Counted from the first letter of the stretch, positions 9,501-18,465 are shown. The stretch is 32,000 nt of DNA from Promethearchaeota archaeon (GCA_048938295.1 JBHLMI010000006.1:60001-92000), one strand, 5' to 3'. Notes: generated by a model from the letters alone, not told the origin. Made by a program: numbers and translations.

Positions 9501-9962
9501 CTGAATGATCAGAAGGCCTTGTAAAGAGTGGTCGACCAGTTCCCGGTAGGCAAGATCAATACGCTTTTGATCAGTCACCTCTGCAACCATTGCGAGAAAT
9601 GCCGGTTTATTGTTCACCGTAATTGAACGCGGCAGGATTTGAATCCACTTTTCCTTTCCTTTCTTGTTGATAATTCGAAAATCATAGAATTTTGTCTTAA
9701 CCTCACCACTTTGAGCCCATTTCAATCGTTGTCCTGCTTCGACTTTATCTGCGTCAGCCATAAACTGCATGAATTCGTTGGGTTTCAAAGCTTCAAGGTT
9801 TTTGCGAGTGGTACCAATGAGTTTAGCGAGTTCCTGGTTAGCAAATAAAACTTTATCGTCCTGAATGACGATTATACCGACCGGTGATTTTTGGGTGATG
9901 GTTCTTAGAATTTCTTCAGGAACTTCAGGGTTAAAGGAAGTGATGTCTTCATCTTGAGGCAT
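6525..9962 (-). CDS. Multi-PAS (about 9 PAS/PAC) sensory protein without kinase or other output domain
   Basis: Nine repeats of (Y/F)RxL(V/F)(D/E/Q)...FAN/DAN...(R)DIT(D/E)RK; stop follows about 13 aa after the last PAC. Confidence 0.92.
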   Translation of the reverse strand: MPQDEDITSFNPEVPEEILRTITQKSPVGIIVIQDDKVLFANQELAKLIGTTRKNLEALKPNEFMQFMADADKVEAGQRLKWAQSGEVKTKFYDFRIINKKGKEKWIQILPRSITVNNKPAFLAMVAEVTDQKRIDLAYRELVDHSLQGLLIIQNMRVVFANQAFAEISGYTIDELLELTPKQVQASVHPDYQARVWGRMRDRLEGKPVPSHYQFKGIRKDGEERWVEMYVTLSEFAGKPAIQATFLDITERQKAEAKLKESEVKYRGLFDDLPIGLYRTTVEGNIIDANPALVRLLGAEDKETLLQMNASDFYVDRHERQRFEELLGKEGIVTGHDVQFKRLDGKLIWVHDTFRAFEDELGNIQSYEGSLEDITDRVEAEQARKIRERRYRALFEHTSDAIFIISLDMKHLDANPRATKLLGYPRGELIGMPVEKVVAKGEYEDSKRVLRALLAGDPVPIYERIFVKKTGEEFPVEINASLVTDTEGNPLHIQSVARDITERKRAEQALKESEEKYRKLIETSPDAITVTDLEGKVIMVNQQALQLYGVKKEAELIGVNAFDLISHEDVPKAIENMQITLRDGTSGTLEYTLLKRDGTAYPAELNASLLKDADGNPMAFIGVIRDISDRKEAEARYRHLFDSIPVGLFRTTPDGTILDANPALFEMLGFDSKEPLLKRKASSFYLDPEERRHWEAAVALEDVVTGIQTEFKREDGETIWINLSARAIRNKDDGIEYYEGTLEDITDRKLSEDAVKESEAKYRALVDQSLQGIIIIQDDRIVFANPQMKEVVDITREELLDMPPNEFWARIHPDDIQWIQQRLQDRFAGKKVPDRYPIRVISPEGTIQWVEIWVKMIEYQGKPAIQVTLSDVTERMRAEQAIKESEEKYRTLVEQSLFGIVISRGPPLRFFFVNEAFADMMGYTIEALLAMTPKKIQELIHPSDRDLVIQRAEDRLMGKEVPNQYEYRMVKKDGSIVWVAIFADRIEYEGEPAVQAAYMDITERKQAEAALLESEERFRALVEDLSDWVWEMDISGKFVYTNNAVEDIIGFSAGQVLGRTPCDFLHPEDVKRAQNTWAELIERRRPIRTIVIQMVHRDESDVVLEARGRPVFNEAGELLGFRGICRDITDRLKMLEQLRELDERL

Positions 9963-10222
9963 TTTCTGTCACCTCGTATTGGCTAGAGGAAAATCGGTTT
10001 TATGTCTGTGCACATCTTTCGTTCCCCAGGCTTCTCTGAAGCTTGATGATACTCTGTCCTAGAGAGCATATATCTCCTTCGATGAAAATGTGAAGGAGAT
10101 GATAGGAATTAAGGTCAGCTAAAAACTGGAAAATGCCCTTAGTATGGTCATGGAGTGATTATTTGTCGCGTAAGGTATTGTAATGTGACCATTTTTGCTA
10201 AGTTTTGAACCGAAATCACGAA

Positions 10223-10638
10223 TTATGACTTACTACCGTCAATATCAAGTTCACTTCCGTCAATGTGAAAGTCTTCAGCGTATTTGTCAAAATCACCATT
10301 GGGAACAGGATCTTCCCTTCGAGCAAGGTTTGACACGCTCGTGACTAATTGATAACCGCCATACCCTACCGAAACCACGCCGAACTGTATTGGAATGAAG
10401 TATCGTTCAGTCCATTGGTGAAAGTACTACTATCATTTCGCGCAAATTCAAAGACTTCGAGTGTTCCGCCACTGCCTGTATAAGGAGAATTGGGTGGAGT
10501 ACCTGCGCGAACAGTAGCAAGTGGATTTTCTAAAAGAGGGCTAAGAGCTACACATGCAAAAAGGAGCAGGGCTGTTATCAGGCGTATCTTTGTATTCCCC
10601 ATATCTTTCACCAACTTGTGAGGAGTTAGCATTTTCAC
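10223..10638 (-). pseudogene. Possible frameshifted remnant of a secreted protein
   Basis: ORF 10366..10638 has a signal peptide (KIRLITALLLFACVALS) and stops at ...SSAWFR*; a -1 shift at TGGTTTCGG continues as SVGYGGYQLVTSVSNLARREDPVPNGDFDKYAEDFHIDGSELDIDGSKS* to 10223. Confidence 0.4.
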
Positions 10639-10785
10639 TCCCCGCTGTAAAGCCGCTTCTTCTAGGCTTAGGAATGAAATTTAAATAGATTTTGTGAAAT
10701 GCACCACTAAGCAAATTTCAACGAATTTGTCGAAACATGAAAGATAATTAAAGAATTATCCCACTTGAAGAACGGGACTTCAACC

Positions 10786-11757
10786 ATGCCAGCCAAACGT
10801 TTTGATCTTGTCATTGTGGGTCATCTCACCATTGATCTAATGAAGTCTGGTGACAAAGAACATACTGAGATGGGTGGCCCTCCCGCATATGCGATGGTTG
10901 GACCAGCCTTGGGACTCAAGAACGTCGGAATTGTATCTCGCATCGGACGAGACTTCCCCCCCGCATATTATGACCGACTAGTATGTTCAGGATTAAATTT
11001 AGAAGGATTACGACAAAACAAGCACACTACGCATTTCACTAATACTTACAATGAACTGGGTGACCGAACTCAACGAGTGGATGCGGTTTCAGATCCCTTA
11101 ACATCGGAGGATTTCCCTAACACCTACTGGAATACTCTATGGATGCATATTAGCCCGGTAATTGGTGAAGTAGACTCCTCGATTATCCCAAAAGCAAAAT
11201 CTCGGGGAATTCAAGTATCTGTCGATGTTCAAGGTTTTATACGCACACGAAAGAACAAAGACACAGAGATAATTAGCTGTGAGTGGGAGAAGTTCTCTGA
11301 ACTCGCAGCATATATCGATGCCCTAAAAGTTGATTCGCAGGAACTCCGTCAACTCACCCACCAATCTGACACTCGAACTGCTGCCCAGAGCGTCCACAAA
11401 ATGGGTGTTCCTCTAATTCTGATAACTCGTGGATATAAGGGAGCTCATCTCTCTTATGGAGACAACTATTACGATATTCCAGCTATTGAACCCCAGCACA
11501 TCGTGGACCATACGGGAAGTGGAGATGTCTTTTCCATTAGTTTTCTTGTAGAACTCCAACGGACTCAGCGTCCTCTGTGGTCAGCTTTCTTTGCCTCAGC
11601 TGCTGCTTCCTATAACCTCGAAACACCTGGACCAACCAATTTTCCTTCATACGAACAAGTGATCACCCGCTTACGAGGGTTCCTTGCGCTGCAAGAGAAT
11701 CGACAGCACACCGAGAAATTGCTTAATGAACCCGGCTCCACTGAGTGTCCATTGTAA
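10786..11757 (+). CDS. PfkB/ribokinase-family carbohydrate kinase
   Basis: GGPPAY, GIVSRIGRDF, VSVDVQG, LITRGYKGA, VDHTGSGDVF anion-hole motif; ATG 10786 preferred over TTG 10765. Confidence 0.9.
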   Translation: MPAKRFDLVIVGHLTIDLMKSGDKEHTEMGGPPAYAMVGPALGLKNVGIVSRIGRDFPPAYYDRLVCSGLNLEGLRQNKHTTHFTNTYNELGDRTQRVDAVSDPLTSEDFPNTYWNTLWMHISPVIGEVDSSIIPKAKSRGIQVSVDVQGFIRTRKNKDTEIISCEWEKFSELAAYIDALKVDSQELRQLTHQSDTRTAAQSVHKMGVPLILITRGYKGAHLSYGDNYYDIPAIEPQHIVDHTGSGDVFSISFLVELQRTQRPLWSAFFASAAASYNLETPGPTNFPSYEQVITRLRGFLALQENRQHTEKLLNEPGSTECPL

Positions 11758-11874
11758 TCGTTTCGTGCTTTGTACAGAGGATCGTTATTACGTGGTCCAA
11801 AAAGTTTATATCGGAATCCGATAGTATCGAACGCCGATAGTTCCTTTAACGACATAAATTGAGTTGCCACTACC

Positions 11875-12495
11875 TTGCACGATAAAACCACTCAACAGCC
11901 CACGGGCCCCACGAGCACTGTCAAATCCCTTGGTAAAGGTTACATGCGGGCAATAATCCTAGCACTACTCGCTGACCAGCCCAGGTATGGTTACGATATT
12001 CTGGATACACTAGCAGAGTCAAGCGATGGATGGCGCCCCTCTCCCGGAACCATTTACCCCATTTTACATGATCTTCATGAACGGGGATGGATTATGAAGA
12101 AAGAAGTGGAACCGGAAGGTCGCCGTCGCATCATCTATCGTTTGGGAACAAAGGGAAAACGGCACCTTGAACATGATGCTTTAGAACACGCAAGGTTCGT
12201 AGCCATGATGCGAAGAATCCTCATTAAACACGGTGGCCCACAGTTTGCAGTAGCCCCAGCTTTCGATGTGGATAAGGCTTTGCGGCGATTAGAGCATTTC
12301 GATTTAATTCTGGATGAAGCGTCACTAATTCTAAAAGAGGATGCTTCGGATTTAGCGTTTCAAAAGAAGCGATCTGTTGAAGTGTTACAACGTCGTTTAA
12401 AGTTACTCGAAAATCATGCAGGGAATATTGAAAAAGCCATTCGAAGTGTGAAGGAGGAGATTCGTAATCTCGAAAATTCTACTGGAACACTTTAA
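11875..12495 (+). CDS. PadR-family transcriptional regulator with C-terminal coiled coil
   Basis: ILALLADQPRYGYDI...WRPSPGTIYPILHDL...GRRRIIYRLGTKG; heptad-rich C-terminus; start uncertain (TTG 11875 or ATG 11944). Confidence 0.9.
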   Translation: MHDKTTQQPTGPTSTVKSLGKGYMRAIILALLADQPRYGYDILDTLAESSDGWRPSPGTIYPILHDLHERGWIMKKEVEPEGRRRIIYRLGTKGKRHLEHDALEHARFVAMMRRILIKHGGPQFAVAPAFDVDKALRRLEHFDLILDEASLILKEDASDLAFQKKRSVEVLQRRLKLLENHAGNIEKAIRSVKEEIRNLENSTGTL

Positions 12496-12509
12496 TCATA
12501 TATGGAGAC

Positions 12510-13733
12510 GTGAACACAATCAGCATTATTGAAGTGAAAGAACTAACTAAAACCTTTAACGGTGATGTCACTGCTGTCGACCACATCTCATTCACTGTAG
12601 AAGAAGGAGAAATCTTTGGGTTTCTTGGACCTAACGGAGCAGGAAAAACCACTACTCTGAATATGCTTGCCACTATTCTTAGACCAACTAGTGGAACAGC
12701 GATAGTGAACGGATTTGATATCCATGACAATCCCGATGCCGTTCGACGGAGCATTGGATTTGTTTTCCAAGACCCCACTTTAGATACCGAACTCACAGGA
12801 CGTGAGAATCTAGATTTCCATGGGCGATTGTACGGGCTGACAAAGAAGGAACGAGAAGAGCGGATTAAAGAGATTCTCGAGGTCGTTCAATTAACTGACC
12901 GTGCTGACGCTTATGTGAAGACTTATAGTGGTGGAATGAAACGCCGGCTTGAGATTGCACGAGGATTATTACATTACCCGAAGGTGTTGTTTCTTGATGA
13001 ACCCACGTTAGGATTGGATCCCCAAACCCGACGTGCGATCTGGGATTACATTGTCAAACTCAATCAGGAACAAAATGTTACTATCATCTTGACGACACAT
13101 TACACCGAAGAAGCTGACCATTTGTGTAACCGAATCCAAATCATAGATTTTGGAAAAATTGTGGCAAATGATACACCAGAGAATTTGAAGGCAACTTTGC
13201 AGGGTGATGTAATCGGTCTGACTTTCAAGAAATCTGAAGATGCCCAAGGAATGCTGTCCAAGCTGATTACCCTAGAGTGGGTCAAAAAGGCAATTCCTGT
13301 CACTGAGGGTAGCAATCAAGTTGGCATGAGCAACATGAGCCATTTGATGCGGCGAATTGGTCAGCCTGACGGCGTTGTAACGATGGGTGGGATTGAAAAT
13401 TTAGAAAGTGGAGGGAAGACGCAAATGGCAAGAGATCCAGACGAGATAGCCATAGTTATGAGTAAAATGCACGAACAGGTTGGACTCTCAAAGAATTTCC
13501 GTCAGATAAACTTACTTGTCGATAATGCAAGTAAGAGGATTCCTGGACTGGTGAAAATTGTCGATGCATCTGGTGTTGAACTCGACTCGGTCCAAATGAA
13601 TAAACCGGCATTAGATGATGTCTTTCTATCTGTTACTGGGCGGAGTATTCGTGATGAAGCTGGAAGCATGATGCAAATGTTTCGCCAGTTTCGCATGATG
13701 CGACAAGCCCGAGGAGGCAGTACTCCTCACTAA
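12510..13733 (+). CDS. DrrA-like ABC exporter ATP-binding subunit
   Basis: Walker A GPNGAGKTT, signature YSGGMKRR, Walker B LFLDEPT, H-switch TTHY, C-terminal PALDDVFLSVTG. Confidence 0.95.
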   Translation: MNTISIIEVKELTKTFNGDVTAVDHISFTVEEGEIFGFLGPNGAGKTTTLNMLATILRPTSGTAIVNGFDIHDNPDAVRRSIGFVFQDPTLDTELTGRENLDFHGRLYGLTKKEREERIKEILEVVQLTDRADAYVKTYSGGMKRRLEIARGLLHYPKVLFLDEPTLGLDPQTRRAIWDYIVKLNQEQNVTIILTTHYTEEADHLCNRIQIIDFGKIVANDTPENLKATLQGDVIGLTFKKSEDAQGMLSKLITLEWVKKAIPVTEGSNQVGMSNMSHLMRRIGQPDGVVTMGGIENLESGGKTQMARDPDEIAIVMSKMHEQVGLSKNFRQINLLVDNASKRIPGLVKIVDASGVELDSVQMNKPALDDVFLSVTGRSIRDEAGSMMQMFRQFRMMRQARGGSTPH

Positions 13734-13750
13734 ACGAGGTGATATGTGAA

Positions 13751-14536
13751 ATGCAACTAATATCTGGACAGGCCATTTACGTGGTCTTACTTCGAGAACT
13801 GAAACGGTTCTGGCGAGCAAAAGCCCGAATTATTGCTTCCATTGCTCAAAGCTTCTTCTTCCTTCTCATTCTCGGATTTGGAATAGGAGGGTTATTTGGA
13901 GGAGCGCTTGGAGGTAGCTACCTTACGTTTATTGCACCCGGAATCATTGCAATGTCATTACTATTTGCTTCGGTATTTTCTGGAGTTTCGGTTATTTTTG
14001 ATCGACAATTTGGTTTCTTTAAAGAGATGCTAGTTGCCCCTGTGAGCCGTACCAGCATCATAACGGGTAAAATCTTTGGAGGGGCAATCACCGCAGCAAT
14101 CCAAGGTCTATTAATTTTAGTCGTTTCGACCATCCTTGGAGCATTCGTGCTTGATCCCCGATTTGCTCTTGGGATTTTTGCAGGAATTGGAGTGATGCTG
14201 TTGATTACTGCCGGATTTGTCGGACTCGGAGTAGCAATTGGTTCAGCGCTTACAGATTTTCATGCCTTCCAATTGATTTCGACTTTTATCATTTGGCCCC
14301 TTTTCATGCTCTCAGGTGTCTTCTTTCCAATTGATACTGCACCTTTACCTCTTCAAATAGCGATGCTCGTTGATCCCCTTTTCTACGGAGTAGAACTTCT
14401 TCGCTTCTGCCTTGTTGGATATATTACTCCCATATTGGGTCCGTTTGGTCCACTCCTTGCTTTGACAGTACTAGGTGGATTTTCACTTCTAATGATTGCA
14501 ATTGGAACTTACCTGTTTTCTCGAGCTGAAGCTTAA
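13751..14536 (+). CDS. ABC-2 type exporter permease (DrrB-like)
   Basis: RELKRFWR, FIAPGIIAM, DRQFGFFKEMLVAPVSR, LSGVFFPI, about 6 TMs; RBS GAGGTGAT at 13736-13743 supports ATG 13751. Confidence 0.93.
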   Translation: MQLISGQAIYVVLLRELKRFWRAKARIIASIAQSFFFLLILGFGIGGLFGGALGGSYLTFIAPGIIAMSLLFASVFSGVSVIFDRQFGFFKEMLVAPVSRTSIITGKIFGGAITAAIQGLLILVVSTILGAFVLDPRFALGIFAGIGVMLLITAGFVGLGVAIGSALTDFHAFQLISTFIIWPLFMLSGVFFPIDTAPLPLQIAMLVDPLFYGVELLRFCLVGYITPILGPFGPLLALTVLGGFSLLMIAIGTYLFSRAEA

Positions 14537-15069
14537 ATATCAAGAAACTCGGATGCAAGCAAATCATAAAGTAGAAGATCGTGGTAGGCACCTTCGAAGA
14601 ATGAGGCTTGGCGGCGGCGTCCGCCGTGCTGAAACCCTATTTTTTCATAGACTCGCTGCGCACGCTTGTTGATATCGTGTGTGAATAATACGATTCGATG
14701 GAGGTTAAGTTGCTTGAAACCAAAGTTCAGAAGGAGCCGTAGAGCTTCAGTTCCATATCCTTTGTCGTAGTTCTGATCTTCGTAAATTACAATCATGAGC
14801 TCGGCTTTATGATTGATTTTACTGATGTCCATCAATCCACAAACACCGAGTAGTTGTTGCGTTTTAGTGTGCTCGATTGCAAAGAGGTAGTGTTGGTGGT
14901 TTTTCCTTGCCTCCCATGTTTTTTTGATCCATTGTTTCGTGTCTTCGAGTGAGGATGGATAAGGCATATCTAAGAACCGTCGCACTTCTAGCCAATTGAA
15001 TTGTTGGTTAATTGTCTCTACATCGGTTAACTCAAGGCTGCGAAGCAGTACCTGTTTGCCTTCAAACAT
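14533..15069 (-). CDS. GNAT N-acetyltransferase, RimJ/RimL family
   Basis: LLRSLELTD, KGYGTEALRLLLNFGFKQLNLHRI, NKRAQRVYEKIGF; ATG 15069 preceded by AGGAGG (ORF-track start 15168 lies inside the upstream paralog). Confidence 0.9.
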   Translation of the reverse strand: MFEGKQVLLRSLELTDVETINQQFNWLEVRRFLDMPYPSSLEDTKQWIKKTWEARKNHQHYLFAIEHTKTQQLLGVCGLMDISKINHKAELMIVIYEDQNYDKGYGTEALRLLLNFGFKQLNLHRIVLFTHDINKRAQRVYEKIGFQHGGRRRQASFFEGAYHDLLLYDLLASEFLDI

Positions 15070-15643
15070 TTTTTGTTTCCTCCTGAATGAGGGGGTAATG
15101 TGGAGGATGGCGGTCGCGGAATTCCTCATCGAGGATGTCCATGATGAGCACGTCCTTGTATTTTCCATCTTGGAAGATAGCTTTGCGATGACGTGCTACG
15201 TGTTGAAACCCGACTTTCTCGTAGGCTCGGATGGCCCGGGGATTATCCTCATTGACGAGGAGGAAGATGCTGTGGAGGTTGAGGAAATTGAATCCGTACC
15301 CGAGCAGAAGATTGATTGCCTCCTGACCATAGCCTTTGGCCCAATATTGTTTATTCCAAATTGCGATGCCAAGTTCAGCTGACCGGTTGATCCATGAGAG
15401 TGTAAATAGGCTGCATGATCCTATGAGGTGTTTTGGTTGCTTGGTTTCGATGCCGAAAACATGTGCGTTCCCCTGTCGACGCTGGTCCCAAGTGTTGCGT
15501 ATCCATTGTTCCTCCTCTTCTTTTGATAGGGGAATTGTAAGACCGAGAAAACGTCGCAGTTCAACATCGTTCCAGTGTTTGAGTATCTCATCGACATCTG
15601 TTAGTTCTAATCCTCGAAGGATGATTTTCTCTCCAGTTATCAA
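15062..15643 (-). CDS. GNAT N-acetyltransferase, RimJ/RimL family (tandem paralog)
   Basis: ILRGLELTD, AELGIAI, YWAKGYGQEA, GFNFLNLHSI, NPRAIRAYEKVGF. Confidence 0.9.
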   Translation of the reverse strand: MITGEKIILRGLELTDVDEILKHWNDVELRRFLGLTIPLSKEEEEQWIRNTWDQRRQGNAHVFGIETKQPKHLIGSCSLFTLSWINRSAELGIAIWNKQYWAKGYGQEAINLLLGYGFNFLNLHSIFLLVNEDNPRAIRAYEKVGFQHVARHRKAIFQDGKYKDVLIMDILDEEFRDRHPPHYPLIQEETKNV

Positions 15644-15724
15644 GGCCCTACACCTAGAATTTGCATGGGATGCCTGGTGGGTTAACGCTGGTACTATTTC
15701 TCTGTTTCTTCTTAGAAAGGTTTG

Positions 15725-16252
15725 CTAAATACTCCAGCCCATCATTTGCCGAAAGGCATTTCCAGTAAAGCTCAGGACAAGAATGAAGGGGGTGGCTAAA
15801 ACTAAGAATAGGAAGAGACTTTGCAGGTATAACAAAGTGAAACTTACAAGGACTTCGTTGAATATAGCTGTCCAGTTGGGATTCAACCCCCAAATCCATT
15901 GCCAACCGGGAATCAAAGTAGTGGCATAAGCTGGATTAATGATAAGTATTCCCAGTATGACGAAGTAGTTGACATTAAGAAATAGGAAAGGACCTAAGAA
16001 TCCAGCAACTACGACCTCCTTCGTTTCGAAGGTGACCAAGAATCCGATAACAAAAGCCATGCCAGCAAAAACAAAAAGATAGAAGAAGAAATCCATGGCT
16101 GCGGTGGGAGAAAGGGGATTGATAAGATAAGTGAATTTAGTTCCAAAGAGGAAGAAATGAAGCCAATCGATGCCGATGAATCCCAAACACATGATTCCTG
16201 TAATTGCTAATACGTGTCGCCATCTGATGCGGGGTCGAATGTCTTGTGCCAT
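15725..16252 (-). CDS. Hypothetical integral membrane protein (about 4 TM)
   Basis: 175 aa with long hydrophobic segments and basic N-terminus. Confidence 0.7.
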   Translation of the reverse strand: MAQDIRPRIRWRHVLAITGIMCLGFIGIDWLHFFLFGTKFTYLINPLSPTAAMDFFFYLFVFAGMAFVIGFLVTFETKEVVVAGFLGPFLFLNVNYFVILGILIINPAYATTLIPGWQWIWGLNPNWTAIFNEVLVSFTLLYLQSLFLFLVLATPFILVLSFTGNAFRQMMGWSI

Positions 16253-16382
16253 CGATTCATGTCCTTTAATTAAAAGTTGGTTTGTGAGTACCTTTGTGGG
16301 TATTAAAGTTGATAGTCTTGCACCAGAACTTGTGGTTGGATTTTTAAAGAAAAAGGAAAGCTGGTGGCGATTTACTGTCTTT

Positions 16383-16901
16383 TCATAGAGGCAACAAGTT
16401 GGCTCCGAAATAGACTACAACGCGAGATAATTCTAAGCGACCGTTATTAGTTTCAGCAAGAAATGTCGTCTGCACAAGCGGTTCTAACAGAAGATACCAA
16501 TTCCAGTTACCACTTGATTCTGCGGCTAGGAACAGGGATTGATCAGACTCGGTTAATGAGTACTCCCAGGTGAAATCACGAGTTTCGCCCGGAATAATTA
16601 TTGTACGACCTCCTTTGAAACCAAAACCATAGTAGAGTTGTTCGCCATTGAGAAGGATACGGGTATCGGTGTGAATGAGATCCACGGAGAGGGTTAGCCC
16701 AGGATTATGGATTCGACCACTGATCTGCACTCTTACATACATGCCACTTGTCGCATTACTAATCACATTGACTGATGTGATTTCATAGGTAAAAGTGAGA
16801 GAGCGATAAGTGTCAGCTTGATAAAAAGCAGATAGGCCTAACAGGACACTTGAGGCTAAAATGGCTGAAAGGAAAATAAGCGTACGTGTCCGACGAATCA
16901 T
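16383..16901 (-). CDS. Hypothetical N-terminally membrane-anchored beta-rich protein (LEA_2/WHy-like possible)
   Basis: N-terminal TM then alternating beta pattern VRVQISGRIHNP; family assignment tentative. Confidence 0.65.
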   Translation of the reverse strand: MIRRTRTLIFLSAILASSVLLGLSAFYQADTYRSLTFTYEITSVNVISNATSGMYVRVQISGRIHNPGLTLSVDLIHTDTRILLNGEQLYYGFGFKGGRTIIIPGETRDFTWEYSLTESDQSLFLAAESSGNWNWYLLLEPLVQTTFLAETNNGRLELSRVVVYFGANLLPL

Positions 16902-17053
16902 ATCAGACCAAGACCTTTTTTCACGGCAGAGCGTTATCTTCGTATTAAGTCAACGGTGACGGCAATTTCTACCTTGTCTTCTTCGGGCTACGTGTAAAGA
17001 ATATTTAAGGTTGGAGTTTGTAGGAGTATCTTACTGGTTGAGGGTGATTTTGA

Positions 17054-18457
17054 GTGGTACGATTTCGAAAATCCCAGTTATATACGGTGTGGCTGGTTCT
17101 CGTTATCATCCTATTCGTTGTTAATTGGATTGGCCTGAGAGACCGTTATGTAACGAGTACATATCCCACTGATAATGCAACACAAATTGCACTTGGAGAT
17201 CTCGATGTCTCAAAACCCGGATTTGAATTAGCTTACTTAACTCCATCACGAGTCATCCTAGTTGGTGGACTCACTGCATCCCCATGGCAAGAGACAGTCT
17301 TTCAAAATCCAGACTGGGAAACGAATCCCCTCATAGCCCTAAGCGTGGGCGATTATTTTGATGAATACAAAGGAGACGAAATCGCAGTCCTTACACAGAA
17401 TGGAATACTACATTTGAACTTCCGCGGAGCTGCCATCTGGCATTCTGAAGAAATCGGTAATATTCCTGATGGATATCCGGTGTGGACAACTAACCATATG
17501 TTTGCTGGCCAATTCATCACGGCATCAAATTCCATGGAAATAGCCATTATTGGTCAATATTATAATGTGTCCACAACGATTTCAACGGGTCGCATCTATG
17601 TCGCTAGCAGATTCAACAGTACAACCTGGACTATTGACCAAGTCCATACTGAACCGACCATTTTACTCACTGGCACAGCTGGTGATGTGGATACCTCCAA
17701 TAGCGGCGATGAATTGATTGCGGGCGGAATAGATACAGGAGTCTTCTATTTACGTTACGATGATGGAGCCTGGACGATATCCCGACTCATGGAATGGGTT
17801 GGGGTAACACGTTCAATTGCAATTGGAGATTTTATGTTTCAACCTGCAGGGAACGAAATCGCCATCGTAAGGAATCATGATATTCGAGTCTTCTATAGGC
17901 AATTGGGAGAATGGATATCGACGACTATCTGGTCGGAGAATCATTTGCAAATCGGAATCGAGTCTGTGTTCATCGGGGACATCGACCCATTTAACCCTGG
18001 ATATGAGGTGCTGGGTGTTGGTACTGTAAATGAAAATAACAAACCAGTACTAATTGTCCAGAAGTATATGTTAAGTTGGGTGCCTAGCATTCTCTGGAAC
18101 CTAGTTGAATCACCTACAAGTGTAATTGCAGGGAATTTTGATTTCAACCACATGGGAACAGAGATTCTCATCACCAATTCACCTCAAACTTCTGTGTTGT
18201 CTGTCCCAACAGCTACTGACCGAAGTCTACGTGCAGGAGTAGCTGTCCTGATACCAGCAATCCTACTATTTCCATCAACCTTTCTTCTCTTCGCACTAGC
18301 GGAGTATTTTGGAAAAGTTACTGATGAACGTCGTCGCGCTCGTGCCTTAGAAATGATTTCCAAAGGGTATGTTCGGTGCCCTGTTTGCAGACGCTTTATT
18401 CCCAAGGATAAAGCGGAAGCTCATAAACGGTGGCATAGAACCCAACAATTCCGTTAA
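17054..18457 (+). CDS. FG-GAP/VCBS-like 7-repeat beta-propeller membrane protein with C-terminal Zn finger
   Basis: Seven (A/I/L/V)G(D/N/Q)xxxxxxGxE(I/L/V)-like repeats, N- and C-terminal TMs, tail CPVC-x11-H-x3-H; GGTGA RBS before GTG. Confidence 0.8.
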   Translation: MVRFRKSQLYTVWLVLVIILFVVNWIGLRDRYVTSTYPTDNATQIALGDLDVSKPGFELAYLTPSRVILVGGLTASPWQETVFQNPDWETNPLIALSVGDYFDEYKGDEIAVLTQNGILHLNFRGAAIWHSEEIGNIPDGYPVWTTNHMFAGQFITASNSMEIAIIGQYYNVSTTISTGRIYVASRFNSTTWTIDQVHTEPTILLTGTAGDVDTSNSGDELIAGGIDTGVFYLRYDDGAWTISRLMEWVGVTRSIAIGDFMFQPAGNEIAIVRNHDIRVFYRQLGEWISTTIWSENHLQIGIESVFIGDIDPFNPGYEVLGVGTVNENNKPVLIVQKYMLSWVPSILWNLVESPTSVIAGNFDFNHMGTEILITNSPQTSVLSVPTATDRSLRAGVAVLIPAILLFPSTFLLFALAEYFGKVTDERRRARALEMISKGYVRCPVCRRFIPKDKAEAHKRWHRTQQFR

Positions 18458-18465
18458 ATACCAGT

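Noticed and set aside
14996-15728. Plus-strand ORFs 14996..15382 and 15336..15728
   Set aside because: Antisense shadows of the two GNAT genes with no recognisable motifs
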